Positions 52,401-64,000 of a DNA stretch of 64,000 nucleotides are shown piece after piece. The position numbers were made by a program, and so were the translations under genes. The notes beneath the pieces were generated by a model, which saw nothing but the letters and a program-made list of their open reading frames with translations, ran no database searches and was not told the origin of the DNA. Numbering within the stretch: position 1 is the first letter of the stretch; the number at the start of each line of letters is the position of its first letter. The stretch comes from Cycas panzhihuaensis (lineage: Eukaryota > Plantae > Cycadophyta), in NCBI GenBank assembly GCA_023213395.1, contig CM041465.1, positions 89,721,741 to 89,785,740 of the forward strand, written 5' to 3'.

Positions 52401-53849
52401 TCAAAGTAAATCTCAAGTCTATAGTCAAACTAGAAGCCATCAACTAGGTGTAATTCAAGTATCTCTCCCTTACACAAATCACTCTATCCTTACTTAAGGA
52501 TGGGAATCTTTGATAGGTAGACAAGGTAAGACTATGTAGGGAATGGTGTTGATTAATGTTGATCCCACACAATGTAAGGGCTAAAAGTTAAATGAGAACT
52601 ACATCAATAAGGGGGATGAGGTCTGGTGAGGGTAAGGAGGATATGAATTTGGAGTGTGTATAGGAAATGATACATATTGGAGAGTTAATAGAAGGCAAGG
52701 GTAATGATAATGTAGCCTATGAAATAAATTAAAAGGTGGAGATAAAGGGAAGGAAGAAAATTAAGCATGATGAAAAGGATAGATGTTAGGTAATTTTGAA
52801 GATAATGGAAGTTGGGAATTAATGAGATAAATAGGAACAACATAATGACAAGAAGGATGTATATTAAATATGGACTCTTGGTAGGTAAGGCTTAGCATAG
52901 CCCACCAATAACTAACTAAAAAATAGTAAAAATAAGTAATAGATAAATTTATATAATACTTATATAATGATAATAATAGTAATTTCATTTGGGTCAAAAA
53001 TAAATAACAAGTGAAATATGATAAAATACCCAATAAATAATAATTTAGATATGTATGATAATTAGTTCATAATAATAAATGTCTAATCCTCTTAGAGGTA
53101 AGGTAAGATTTAGGCACTATAGTACCATAACAACATTAATATATTATCCAATAATAATATTCTAAGGATGTCTTTGACTATTATAGTTTCTTTTATATAA
53201 CTACCATGATAGGGTTTATTGGAACTAACTTCCATTAAGATAATTATTATGCTCATAATAATTCCCTTCTTCTTAAGATACTTTACCCTCAAAGTATAGT
53301 TATACTAATGATGAGTCTCATGTAGCTTGCTTAAGATGCTTGGTCCACAAATTATGTCTTCTATCACCCACATAGATTCAATCTATCTTTATGTCATCTT
53401 CGAGTAAGAACCCATATGTTTCCTTTCTAAGTTTATAATTATGCCCTACACTAGTATGCAAGACCCTACTTATAAATGATCGTAGGACCTATGGGTTGCA
53501 AACTTTACCTATTTAAGGTTTTATATCTTATTGTCATATTTTGTTCATGGGAAGTTATCTTCAAAATGGAGAATTTGCTTAGGCATAGTAAGATGATATT
53601 GGTATGAATAAGGGGAAATTTTTAGAGGTATAATTAAGGTGTCTTAGTTATATAATGGCTAAGAAGAGATACAAGGATCAAGGGAGTAAGTAAAGAGGTT
53701 TAAATTATTAATAAGGGTTGATTTTATATTGATATAAGGTTTAGTAGGGGACATAAGTGAAAGGTATATCAAGGGTTGGAATGAAATATAAGTATTTATA
53801 ACGAGGTAATAGAGTGAGGAGGGATGTAAAGTTTGGTATTCATAAATAG

Positions 53850-54990
53850 GATTATATTCAACAAAATATAGAAAAATAAGAACAATCGAAAGAAAATTAA
53901 TTTTAAAAAGTGTTTTTATTCATCCCCCATATCTTTTACAATGCATCAAATGTAAATATATACAGTATAAAAAATACAACATACATTATAAGAAATATAA
54001 TCACTTACATGTGGTCCTAATAAGTATGTGGATAATTGAGTAAACCCCACCACTCATTACTCATACATTAGTTTAAAATATTAAAAATATAATACATAAA
54101 AGATAAAGGTGAGGATTATAATATTAAGATATAAGCCTATACATTCATAAATATTAATTATTATAACACTTCCCCTTAATGTTTACATCCTTTACTTGAC
54201 ACTTAGACCATACTTGGACATCTAAAACTTATCTTGAGAAAGTAGTTTGGTAAAGATGTTAGCTAGTTATTTTTTTATAAGCGTATGTTCCATTTCAATC
54301 TCTCCATTCTGGATTAGTTCTCTAATATAATGATAGTATAGCTTGATATGTTTGGTATGAACATAGAACACAAAGTTTTTGGTGATTTTTAGTGTACTCT
54401 AAGTATTAGAGTAAAACTTATTTACTTCTTGTTGATGTTGACCCATGTCCCTAAGAATCTATGTGACCAAATGGCTTTAGCAGTTACTAAAACTATAGCC
54501 CTAAACTCTACTTTAATCAAGGACATAATAATACTAGATTACTTCTTACTTCTTCAAGTCATTGTAATTGATCCCAAACTAAAATAATAGCTAAAAGTCA
54601 ACTTTATATTATCTATATATTTGGCCCAATTAGAATATATAAATCTCTCTAACCTAAAGTTATTATTATGAACAAATTCAAGTCTATATTACAACATGCC
54701 CTTTAAGTATTTAAGGGTCCTCTTGATAGCCTTCTAGTTACTTTACTTTGGCGATGCCATAGACCTAGATACCATTCCAATTTCAAATGAAACATTAGGC
54801 CTATTAGTACTAAAGTAGATAAGGCTACCAACTAGTTGCTTATACAAAGTACCATCAACATCTACTCCAACATCTTCTATTATCAATTTGGAATATGTCT
54901 CCATGGGGATAGGCACAAGCTTGCAATCTTCTATTCTACATTTCTTCACAATCTCCCAAATGTATTTTACTTGTGAGATAAAGATGTTTC
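53850..54990 (-). mobile_element. 3' fragment of a Ty1/copia element (RT end, RNase H, PPT, 3' LTR)
   Basis: ISQVKY...CK....PME...DGTLYKQLVGSLIY...RPNVSF..GMVSR.M..PK and TKHIKL motifs. PPT AAGGGGAAG at about 54169-54177 and LTR edge TGTTATAA at 54168. The far LTR boundary is uncertain. Confidence 0.75.
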
Positions 54991-57900
54991 ACTACTAGCC
55001 CTCTTAGTATGGTTAAGCTCATGTCTTGGTTTATTTTCTCAAGCCACTTGGTAGTTATGATTTCTATTCATGTAATGGATATCACTTAGTTAGTATTTTA
55101 GTTATGGGATTCTTTTAATCGATCATTTGTTGATGTAGACTTTGATTAGGACATGATTGAACATACATCATTTGATTTTAAATCATGTAAGCTGAAGGAT
55201 TACTAATTGGATAATTGAATATATTATTGTGAGAATTTTCTTTTTCCATTAATTGATATTATGACATAATTCAGTGCTCCTATCTAACATAGCTTATAAA
55301 CTGCTCTAAATTTTCCCTTTTTGATTAGTTTCTCTTTTAAGCTTGTTAAGCATTACTATCAATTCTAGCCTTATTTTTATCACATTTTAGTCTTTTCTCT
55401 TCATGTTATACTCCCCATTAAAGTTAATAATATCTTTAAAAGACCCTACCAAGTTAGTTTTGTTGAAATTTATATTTTGTTCCTATCTTTTTGGCCTTTC
55501 TAACTTGCTTCATTTTTTACAATATCAGAAACTTGACATCCCAAATAAATTATGACAACCTTTATATTTTTTTTTTATTTGTAAAATTATATTTTTAGTT
55601 ATTTATCATATTTTTTACTATCATACCTATAATTCAAGAAAAAATCCATTGATTTCTCATCTTTATCGTTATGATTTCTACCTAGACTTAAAGTTTAGCA
55701 CTAGCCCCCCTACTCTAGCTGATTCATGATAGTCTGACCTTCCTCCATGCAAGATTTGGTTAAGGAAAATTAGCCAAACCATGGGCAAGAACCATAGTTT
55801 TTGCACCTCTCCTTACCCATGTGATTTTCTATAAATCCTTGTATGTTTTTAGAGGGTACAAGAGAGTTTTTATGGTAACAAAGTGCTACTAAATTTTTAA
55901 CAACCCGCTTTGCTAGTGACTTGTTGTTATTTGAAATGGATTGAAGCTTACCTTATTAGATGATTATGAAGTCTATTAGAGAGATTAGAGGTCTATCTTA
56001 CCTCAATTATTGCCTAATTCTTATATTCATCCTTCCACCTACTTGTTGGATTCTTCCTCCTATAATTTTCACTAGTTTATTCATGCATTTTCCTCTCTTA
56101 TAACACTCGTTACTATCAAGTTTACTATCCTTATGGTGCTTAGAGCTTCTTTATAACTTATTAGACAATAGTACAATATTAATCTGAGACATACAAAATA
56201 GATCTTTATAAGGTTTAGAGTAACTTTATTAAGGTTTAATATTTATTTCAATAATTAGATTAGTTTCATGTGGATTAATTTTTAAAAAATGAGTTCTCTT
56301 CATTCTTATTTCCCTCATTATTAGTCAAAGCTTATTTATTCCTTCTAGCTTATTAGGTGATTTGACTTGGAATCAAACCAGTTTTAATTTCTAATTCCTC
56401 ATCACATTGTTTAAATCAATAAAACTAGTTATTTTGGGTGATTGAACTAGTTTCAATCCTCAATTGTAACCTCCATTAAGCAAGAATATTTATTCACTCC
56501 CTTCCTTTATTCCTATTCTTAATTCACAAGGAGGTTGGTCCCACTAAAGTGTTAAAGAAACCAACACAATCCTTTGTAAAGGGATGAATGGTAAGGAGGG
56601 GCAACTTTTAAGTAGTAGAGTGTTTTAACTTTTTTCCATATGGTTATGGATAGCTCAAATCATTTATTTAGCATTAAAATTCCTCGTATATAGTAAAAAT
56701 ATTGTCAAAATTTTGACAAATTTTCAAAGTTATATTTAAAAGTTTCTCTTTTAAAAGTCATAGTTTTAATATTTATGTTATTCCTTACTAGATCAATGTG
56801 TTATATCCTAAAGTGAAAGTAATCAAAGATAGTGGAACTATTACTTCTTAGTTTCATTACAAGGTACTTATCTTATTCCCTATCTCTTACAACTTTCTTT
56901 TTGTCTTTAAGTTTCCATAAACTAAGAAAAGAAATAAAAATAAAAAGGAATTAGTGATCTCTTGCATTATTGGTAGGTTGTTGAATGATTCTCTTCCCTT
57001 GCTTCCTCACAGAAAAGAAAGATAGGAAATCAATGTTTGGGTTTAGGATTAAAAAGTTGTGATTAGGTGTTTCTTACATCCTCATATTCTCTTATTTACT
57101 ACTAAGTAGATCTTAAAAGACTGAAAAAGAAGTGAAAAAATAATAGATAAGATAATCATAAGTGCAATGAAAGATATTAGAATTATTTTTTTAGTATATA
57201 CTTGATTCTTCTTTCTTTTACTATCTATTTAAGAAGCATAAATAAAAGAAAGGAAAGGAGATGCATCTATGTATGTATGATTTGAGTGTTTGGTTGTATG
57301 CATGATTGCTCATTACTATTTATATTTAACTTAAAATTGCATGCAATACTTGCACGTAGGTGTTATTTGACATTGTGTTGTCCCCCTAAGATAGGTTCTA
57401 TCTCTTTGTTGAACACTTGCTTAATCACTTAGGACTTGGCATCCCTAGTGTATAAGCTTGTCCTCTCTTAGAGATAAATACTTCTCATGATTAAGAGTTT
57501 TTTTATTAACCAAGACTTAACATCCCTAGTGTATAAACTACTCCTTTAAGATTACTTTCTTTCCAATCATATTCTAAATAATAAAGGAAGTGGCTTGCCA
57601 TTTTCCTTTAGGATGACAATAGCTTCTTCTTTCTTCATTCACCTCTAAGTGTAGGAACTTATTAGAGTCAAACATGAGTATTCCTAGGCCATTCATCCTC
57701 ATGGATGGATTATCACTAGGTGGGGGAGTCCCTAGTGGTTGACCCCCAATGAGGTTGTTAATCTAGGGTCTGATCTCTCCTGGGTTCTTACACTCATCAT
57801 TCCTCCTTTTTTATAGCTAGTTGACATATATTACTCATATTTATGTGGGAATATAGGGATAGGTTATAATTTCATCCTTAAGAGGGCTTTCTAAATAGTA

Positions 57901-59749
57901 ATAAGGTAAACCTAGAATGTTTATTTCAAAGTAAGAGCCCCTAATAGTCCCTTCACTTGTTAGAAAATCACTTGTCACCTCCCTAAAGTAAAAGTTCTTT
58001 TTTTTTTTTTTGAGTACTTGTACTTAATTAAATTTTGGTTTGATTTTATTATACATGTATGAAGTAGGTCAATTTGCAAGATAGTTTTAGTTTTCTTATC
58101 TTCATTCAAGTAGACAAGTAAAGAGACCTTTTCTTATACCCAATAAAGCTAATAGGTGGTTGGGCCCAAGATGAGGAACCATTTTTAATAACCATACTAG
58201 GAAATTGCTAAAGCTTCTAAGTTGCATGATTTAGACCTAAATCTTTCACACTCGTCCAAGATCTTTTACAAGGCATTTTTGCCTAGTTGGTTTGACACCT
58301 CCCTCTTTGCTTCTTTGATTGGATAAAGCCCTTCATTCTCATTTAGGATTCGTATCCTTTCCTTAAGCTTTTATTATTAGCTTTGTATCCTTTATTCTAA
58401 TGGAGATTCCCTCTCACCCTACTCAGTCAAGGAGATCAAGGAAGTAGCAAGGCCTCCCTCCTTAAGACTCTAAGTGTTACTACTATGAAGATTGTAAGGC
58501 CCAATAAGGCTATGCATCTCATGAAAGCTACCCTAGTCATGAGGACTACAAGACATATGTATACACTATAGAGGTCTCTGACAACTTATATAAAGTCGTC
58601 ATGGAGTAAGGTTATTCTAAATACACCAAACCACATTTAAGGGATCTATCTTTAGTAGCCTCTACTTTGATTTAGGATGAGGCTCATGTCAATTAATTTA
58701 CTCATCTATTCTTAGAATCTTTGCTCATTAGGGTTTATTCTACTATCCCCATTCTAAGGTATCAAGATCCTTTTTATCAAGACACTTATACCATGACATT
58801 GCGCGCTCATCTACTTCTTAACTAGCATAAAAAATAATATGATCCTCCTCCTCAGGAGCATCCACACCTTTATGTTAACCATCCTTACACATTCATATAT
58901 TCCACCCTCCCATTATCCTTCTCATCCTCCTACCCTAAAGACACCTTGTGTTCCACCTAACAAAATGGAAGATGCTAGGTTAGTCCACTCCCAAGCTTAA
59001 GTACTAGCTGACACCCTGTAAGGAGGAGCCTGCATTCCTTACATGCCCCCTATTTCATATGATATTCCACTTAATATTACTAATTAGAACTAGATGCTTA
59101 CCTTAGGGTATACATATCAAACATCCATGGCATACAAATTCCCTCATTCAAGACCTAGCAGAGGACTATCTCTTATGTATAAGTATAGGTTTTCTCACAC
59201 CACTTCACAAGTTCCACCCCCTTATCCCTTCTCATGGTGTCTCTCACCCTAGTCAAAGGAATCCTTATCCCCTACCTTATCAAATCACAAGACATAATAT
59301 AAGACCACCTCCCTTGTAGTCCTATAAAGTGGCTACACCATTTACTCATCCATAACCTACATATGATACCTATGTTGGAGCCTAAGCCTCATTAGAGGGC
59401 TCTCATACTCATATTCCTCTTATTGATTATCATATTCACTAGTAATAGGCGCCTAGATTCATTAAAGAGCCCACATTGTCTTATGGTCCCAGATCTATTT
59501 ACCCTTAATAATCCTATCCTTAACTCATAGTTACCCCTCTCCAAAATAGTTTTGCATCCTAAAAACATCTTATCCCATAGACAAGAATGCATCTCAACCC
59601 TATCATATAGTTCACTCCTTCCCATCCTCTACCTTGTCATCCACAACATTATAACCAACCAATGTATAGAACTTCCATTCATTACCAACAGCCTCCCCCT
59701 TAACCCTCTTTTACATTGAGGCTTAGGAGGCCATTTATAGACTACATGA

Positions 59750-62700
59750 GGACCCCCTTTCCATAAGAGATCCTCCTTTCATTCATTCTTTTATTTATCC
59801 CTAAGTGACCTAAGTTCTTAGGGGAATGCTTATGAGATCATGTTAAGCATGTGCAAGCTTTTACACTTACATGTGCTAACTTTCTCTCTTATGACTATGT
59901 CATCGTGAGGTTATTTCTAAAATCACTTAAAGGTGATGCTTTGAAGTAGTTTTAGCACTTCCCATACACTTCTATTTTCATCTTTTAGGAGTTGGTTGAT
60001 GTTTTGTTCAACTACTTTGATATCATTAAGTCATTTAAAATTGGCATTAAGTCCCTCTTATCTGATAAGCAAAATAATGATGAATCATCTCATGATTTCA
60101 TAAGGTGATTTCAAGACTTAATTCATGCCTATCACTCCCATCTTGAATCAAGAGACCTATTTAACATTTTTACAAATACTTTAAGACCTCATATTCATTT
60201 AGAGATTCTAAAACATAGTCCACAAACCTATAAAGAAGTCATTGACAAATGCTTGGATCTTAAAGCTTTTGAGATTCAAGAAAGAATTAAGAAGATAGGT
60301 AAACTTGCTTTAATGAAAGACTTAATGTAAGGACCTAACCCCAATCAAGATGACCATACATATGATCATATTACATCTTTTATCAAGGCCCATTAGTGTA
60401 CTATCAACATTAAGTTATGTGTTGAAAATCCTCCTACTTCTAAGTAGAAACAAAAAACTAAAGTCATTCATCATATTAAGGGAAAGAAATATTAATATCC
60501 CCCTACTCCTCTAGTAAATAAAGCTCCTTGGCGTTCTTATCATCAAACTAATACTTATGATCAAGATAAGTGTTGTGTAGTTCAGGCCATGGGTCACAAG
60601 ACTTAAACTGTTAATAATCCTACATGTAAGCCAAACTAAAACCAATTAATCTATAAGGATCCTTTGCATGATTATGATCAAAAGAACACTAAGGGCAAGA
60701 GAAAAGGAAAGGAAAAATAGGATGATACAAGTGATGATGAGAGTATAGGCTTTGAACTGAGTAATAAATATACCACCTCACCTAATGGAGGTGGAAAACA
60801 AACTAACAACCAAAACTGGCCACCTCTTAAAGGTGGTAACACTAAGAGAATAATCAACATGGTCAAGCTAACAAAGAATCCAAGCGTGTTTAAATCCCTT
60901 AACAATTTGTTGACCAAAAACCCTAACTCCTTGCCTCTCATCCTACCTAAACCTATTCATCTTAGGTCCATTCCATCTACTACAAAGGATAAATATTTCT
61001 CTTTAATCGATGAGTTGAAGTCCATTCCTACTAGGATTTTGATTATGGACTTGTTAAAGAGTTGCCTAAACATCAACTCCAACTTGACTTCCTAGGGGTT
61101 GCTTACCCTAGCTCCCCAATAGTTCTTACTCTCTCTTTTGATCCCTTCATCTTACCTAGTGAAAAGAGAAGGAACCCCAATGATATCCCTCCATCTTATA
61201 TTAAGATTTATAAAGAGGATATCAACATTTAACATGTTATTATTGATGAAGACTCAATAGTAAATATAATCCCTCTTCTCCTTATAGAAGATATAGAGAT
61301 TACTTCATATGAACCTTGCAAATAGATTTGCTAAGGGTATGATAAGAACTAAAAGGTATCACTAGGGAAAAACCCTCCCCCTCACTTTATAAGGGAAAAT
61401 AGTTATGGTTGATCTCACCATAATAGACATGAACTTAAAATACAATATTCTCTTAGAGAGACCTTGGATTAATTAAATTTTCATTATTTATTCCTAGATT
61501 TTTAGTGAGCTTAAATTCATTTATGAGGGAGAGTTAAAGGTTGCCAAGTGAAACAATAGACCAATTAAGTAATCTATTCTATTTGTTAAAATTATTATAT
61601 AAATGGGAGAGCCCATTAATTCTTTTGAATACTTTTTTCAATCTTTGATTCATAGTTAATACTTTGCCATTAGTCTCTTTTAACATTGGATCAAGAAGTT
61701 AATGGTCTTAGCATGATTAATATTATTCCCTTAGGAGAAAGCTCTTCATCAAGTCAATCATATATAGAAATATTTTTAAGCACTTTGGAGCCTTTTCTAA
61801 TATGCACTCTTACCTCCATAGAAGAGACTTTGCCTCTTCACTCTATAAGATATGCATTCAATCCTACTCAAATGGTATAATGCCTAATTCATCATGCCCC
61901 TTTATCTTTATATCAAGCTAATGATAATGATGGAATGTTGCAAGATAGTCCCCTTCATCTCAAGAAACTATTTCATTAGGCTCATCTTTCAGTGAGCTAG
62001 ATATTACATGTGTCCTTTACTTACATTGTGTAAAGGATGTCTTAAACATGTTATGCTTATTTCTTATTTTTCTAGATGAATATACTTATCTTAGGTCACT
62101 ACTTCCTTATCCCATTGAGGTAACTTATTATGAGTCTCCCTTTCAAATCACTTGGTTCAATCAGCATAACGAGAAACTTCTATGCATATGCCTTTAAACC
62201 CCTTACCTTTAAAAGGTGAGATGTCCCCCTTTAGATACCTCACCCATATTGAATCCAACATAAAGGAGAGAAATTAGAGAGATTAACATGATTACTATAA
62301 CCTCTCTCCCAACCAAGACAACCATTTAGAGGATATTGCACCATCTCTCATTCATATGTCCCCTCCTACAAACCTTCCCCCAACTGATGAGTCTAGTTTT
62401 CATCAAATTATATAATCATATTAGGAATTCCCCAAGTAACTTGGTCCATCCTTGAATATTCCTATGATTATAAATATCCCTATAAAATCAAGACCACATC
62501 CTTCCTTTAAAGACAACTTCCCTAGATTTACCTTGTCATTCTCCTTCTCAGCTTGAAGGCTCTATCTTTAAAGACCTCCTTTATCTTGATCATTCTAAGA
62601 ATGATGAGGTAATTCTAGAGCATTTAGCTAAAGCCTCACATAATATCCTATCTAATCATCATAAACTTGGTTTTAACAAGTACTTGTACCCTGATTTACC

Positions 62701-64000
62701 TTTGGCTAGTTTGAATTAGCCTTCATAATATCCTCTATCTTTTACAAGTCCTACCCCTCCTCACTTCGAGGAAGGGAATGTCATGCTTGTCAAGGAAATA
62801 ATAGACATTGATTTATAGATTGGTGACACTCTAAGAATCATTAAAGTTTGAGTAAATTACTCCCCAAAGGAAGCAAAATAACTTAAAGAGCTCTTCCAAT
62901 ATCTCACATCAATCTTTACCTAGGATTATAGTCATATGTAGGGCTTTCACCCTAATGTTGTAGTCCACAACATCACTACAATCCCATGATCCAAACCTAA
63001 AAGGCAAAAGAAAAGACCCATTCACCCTCATTTATCTATGATCATTAATCAAGAAGTTAAGAAACTGATAAAAGTGGGCTTTATTGAAAGTATCAACTAT
63101 TTTTAATGGGTGTTTAACATCATTCCCATTACTAAAAAGAATAGATCAATTTGAATATGCATTAGTTTTTATGATATCTATGATATTTGACTAAAGGATA
63201 ATTTCCCTCTCCTATTACTAGATCAAACTTATGACCAAACCACTAGATTTAAGGTTATGTCACTCATGGATAATTTTTTAGGATATAATTAAATTCTTAT
63301 CTACCCTAAAGACTATCATAGGACTATTTTTACAACCCTATGGGCGACATTCACATACAAGGTCATGTTATTTGGATTGAAAAATATTGGAACCACTTAC
63401 CAATAGGAAATGGTTTTCATATTCCATGACCAAATTAGAGTCATAATAGCCATCTACCTAGATGACATGCTTTCCCTATCCTATTATAGGAAAGATCACA
63501 TTTAGGATTTGAGGACCATCTTTAGGTAATATGACAAATATCATTTATGTCTTAATCTAACCAAATATATATTTGTTATCAATTCAGGTAAAATGTTGGG
63601 AAACATAATTTCTCGAGATGGTATTAGAGTGGATCCTAAAAAAATAAGGACCATCATTGAGATGCCCCTCCCATAAAATCAAAATTAATTAAAGTTATTT
63701 CTTGTTAAGTTGGATTTTCTATGACAGTTCATTATAGACTTTGTATTAAATGTCAAGCCTCTCATTGGTCTTCTTAAGAAAGGGGCTTCCTTAAATTGGA
63801 CTATACCTATCTAAAAATCTTTCAAAAGATTAAAGCAACCCTTAGTTTCCAATCTTGTACTTACTCTTCCCCTCTTCAATAAGCCCTTCATCTTATATAC
63901 ATCTTCCATGGAATAATCCCTTGGGAGCATGCTTTCAGAAGAAGATGAATTTGGTAAGGAGTGGGCCATTTACTTTATAAATAAAACTCTCATTGTTATT
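59750..64000 (+). mobile_element. Degenerate Tat/Ogre-like gypsy gag-protease-RT-RNase H, truncated by the window end; LTR/leader probably extends left to about 56-58 kb
   Basis: Gag RLFLKSLKGDALK*F..P, protease VIIDEDSIVNII (about 61240), RT IFT*DYSHM*GFHP..V.H, KDNFPL, YKVMLFGLKNIGTTYQ and YLDD (about 63455), RNase H KPFILY...LGSML (about 63880). Confidence 0.88.

Overview
This is a land-plant-type nuclear repeat region made almost entirely of nested retroelements, with no intact host gene. Most elements are heavily eroded by C>T/G>A transitions. From left to right: (1) the end of a large Tat/Ogre-like Ty3/gypsy element (1-11261) carrying a Plant Mobile Domain remnant and an archaeal-type RNase H. 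(2) A young 5.8-kb gag-only LTR element (2099-7929, minus strand, TSD TTTGC, LTRs about 98% identical) that splits that RNase H. Its leader carries three concatenated host-gene fragments (Pol III subunit NRPC2, a kinesin-4-like stalk, mitochondrial HSP60), antisense to the element. (3) A chromovirus-like gypsy 5' half. (4) Several Ty1/copia elements. (5) A four-layer nest: LINE < gypsy derivative < non-autonomous LTR element < copia. (6) A Tat-like gag-pol running off the right edge. The most unusual recurring pattern is that several unrelated elements have U5 ends extended by 22-40 nt units containing a copy of the tRNA-iMet primer-binding site (PBS). In two families the unit is an 18-nt tRNA copy plus 13 nt. 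In the young element the two LTRs carry 3 versus 1 units. A second oddity is a copia family with no TGG-type PBS. All identifications were made by eye from motifs and remembered family consensus; no searches were run.
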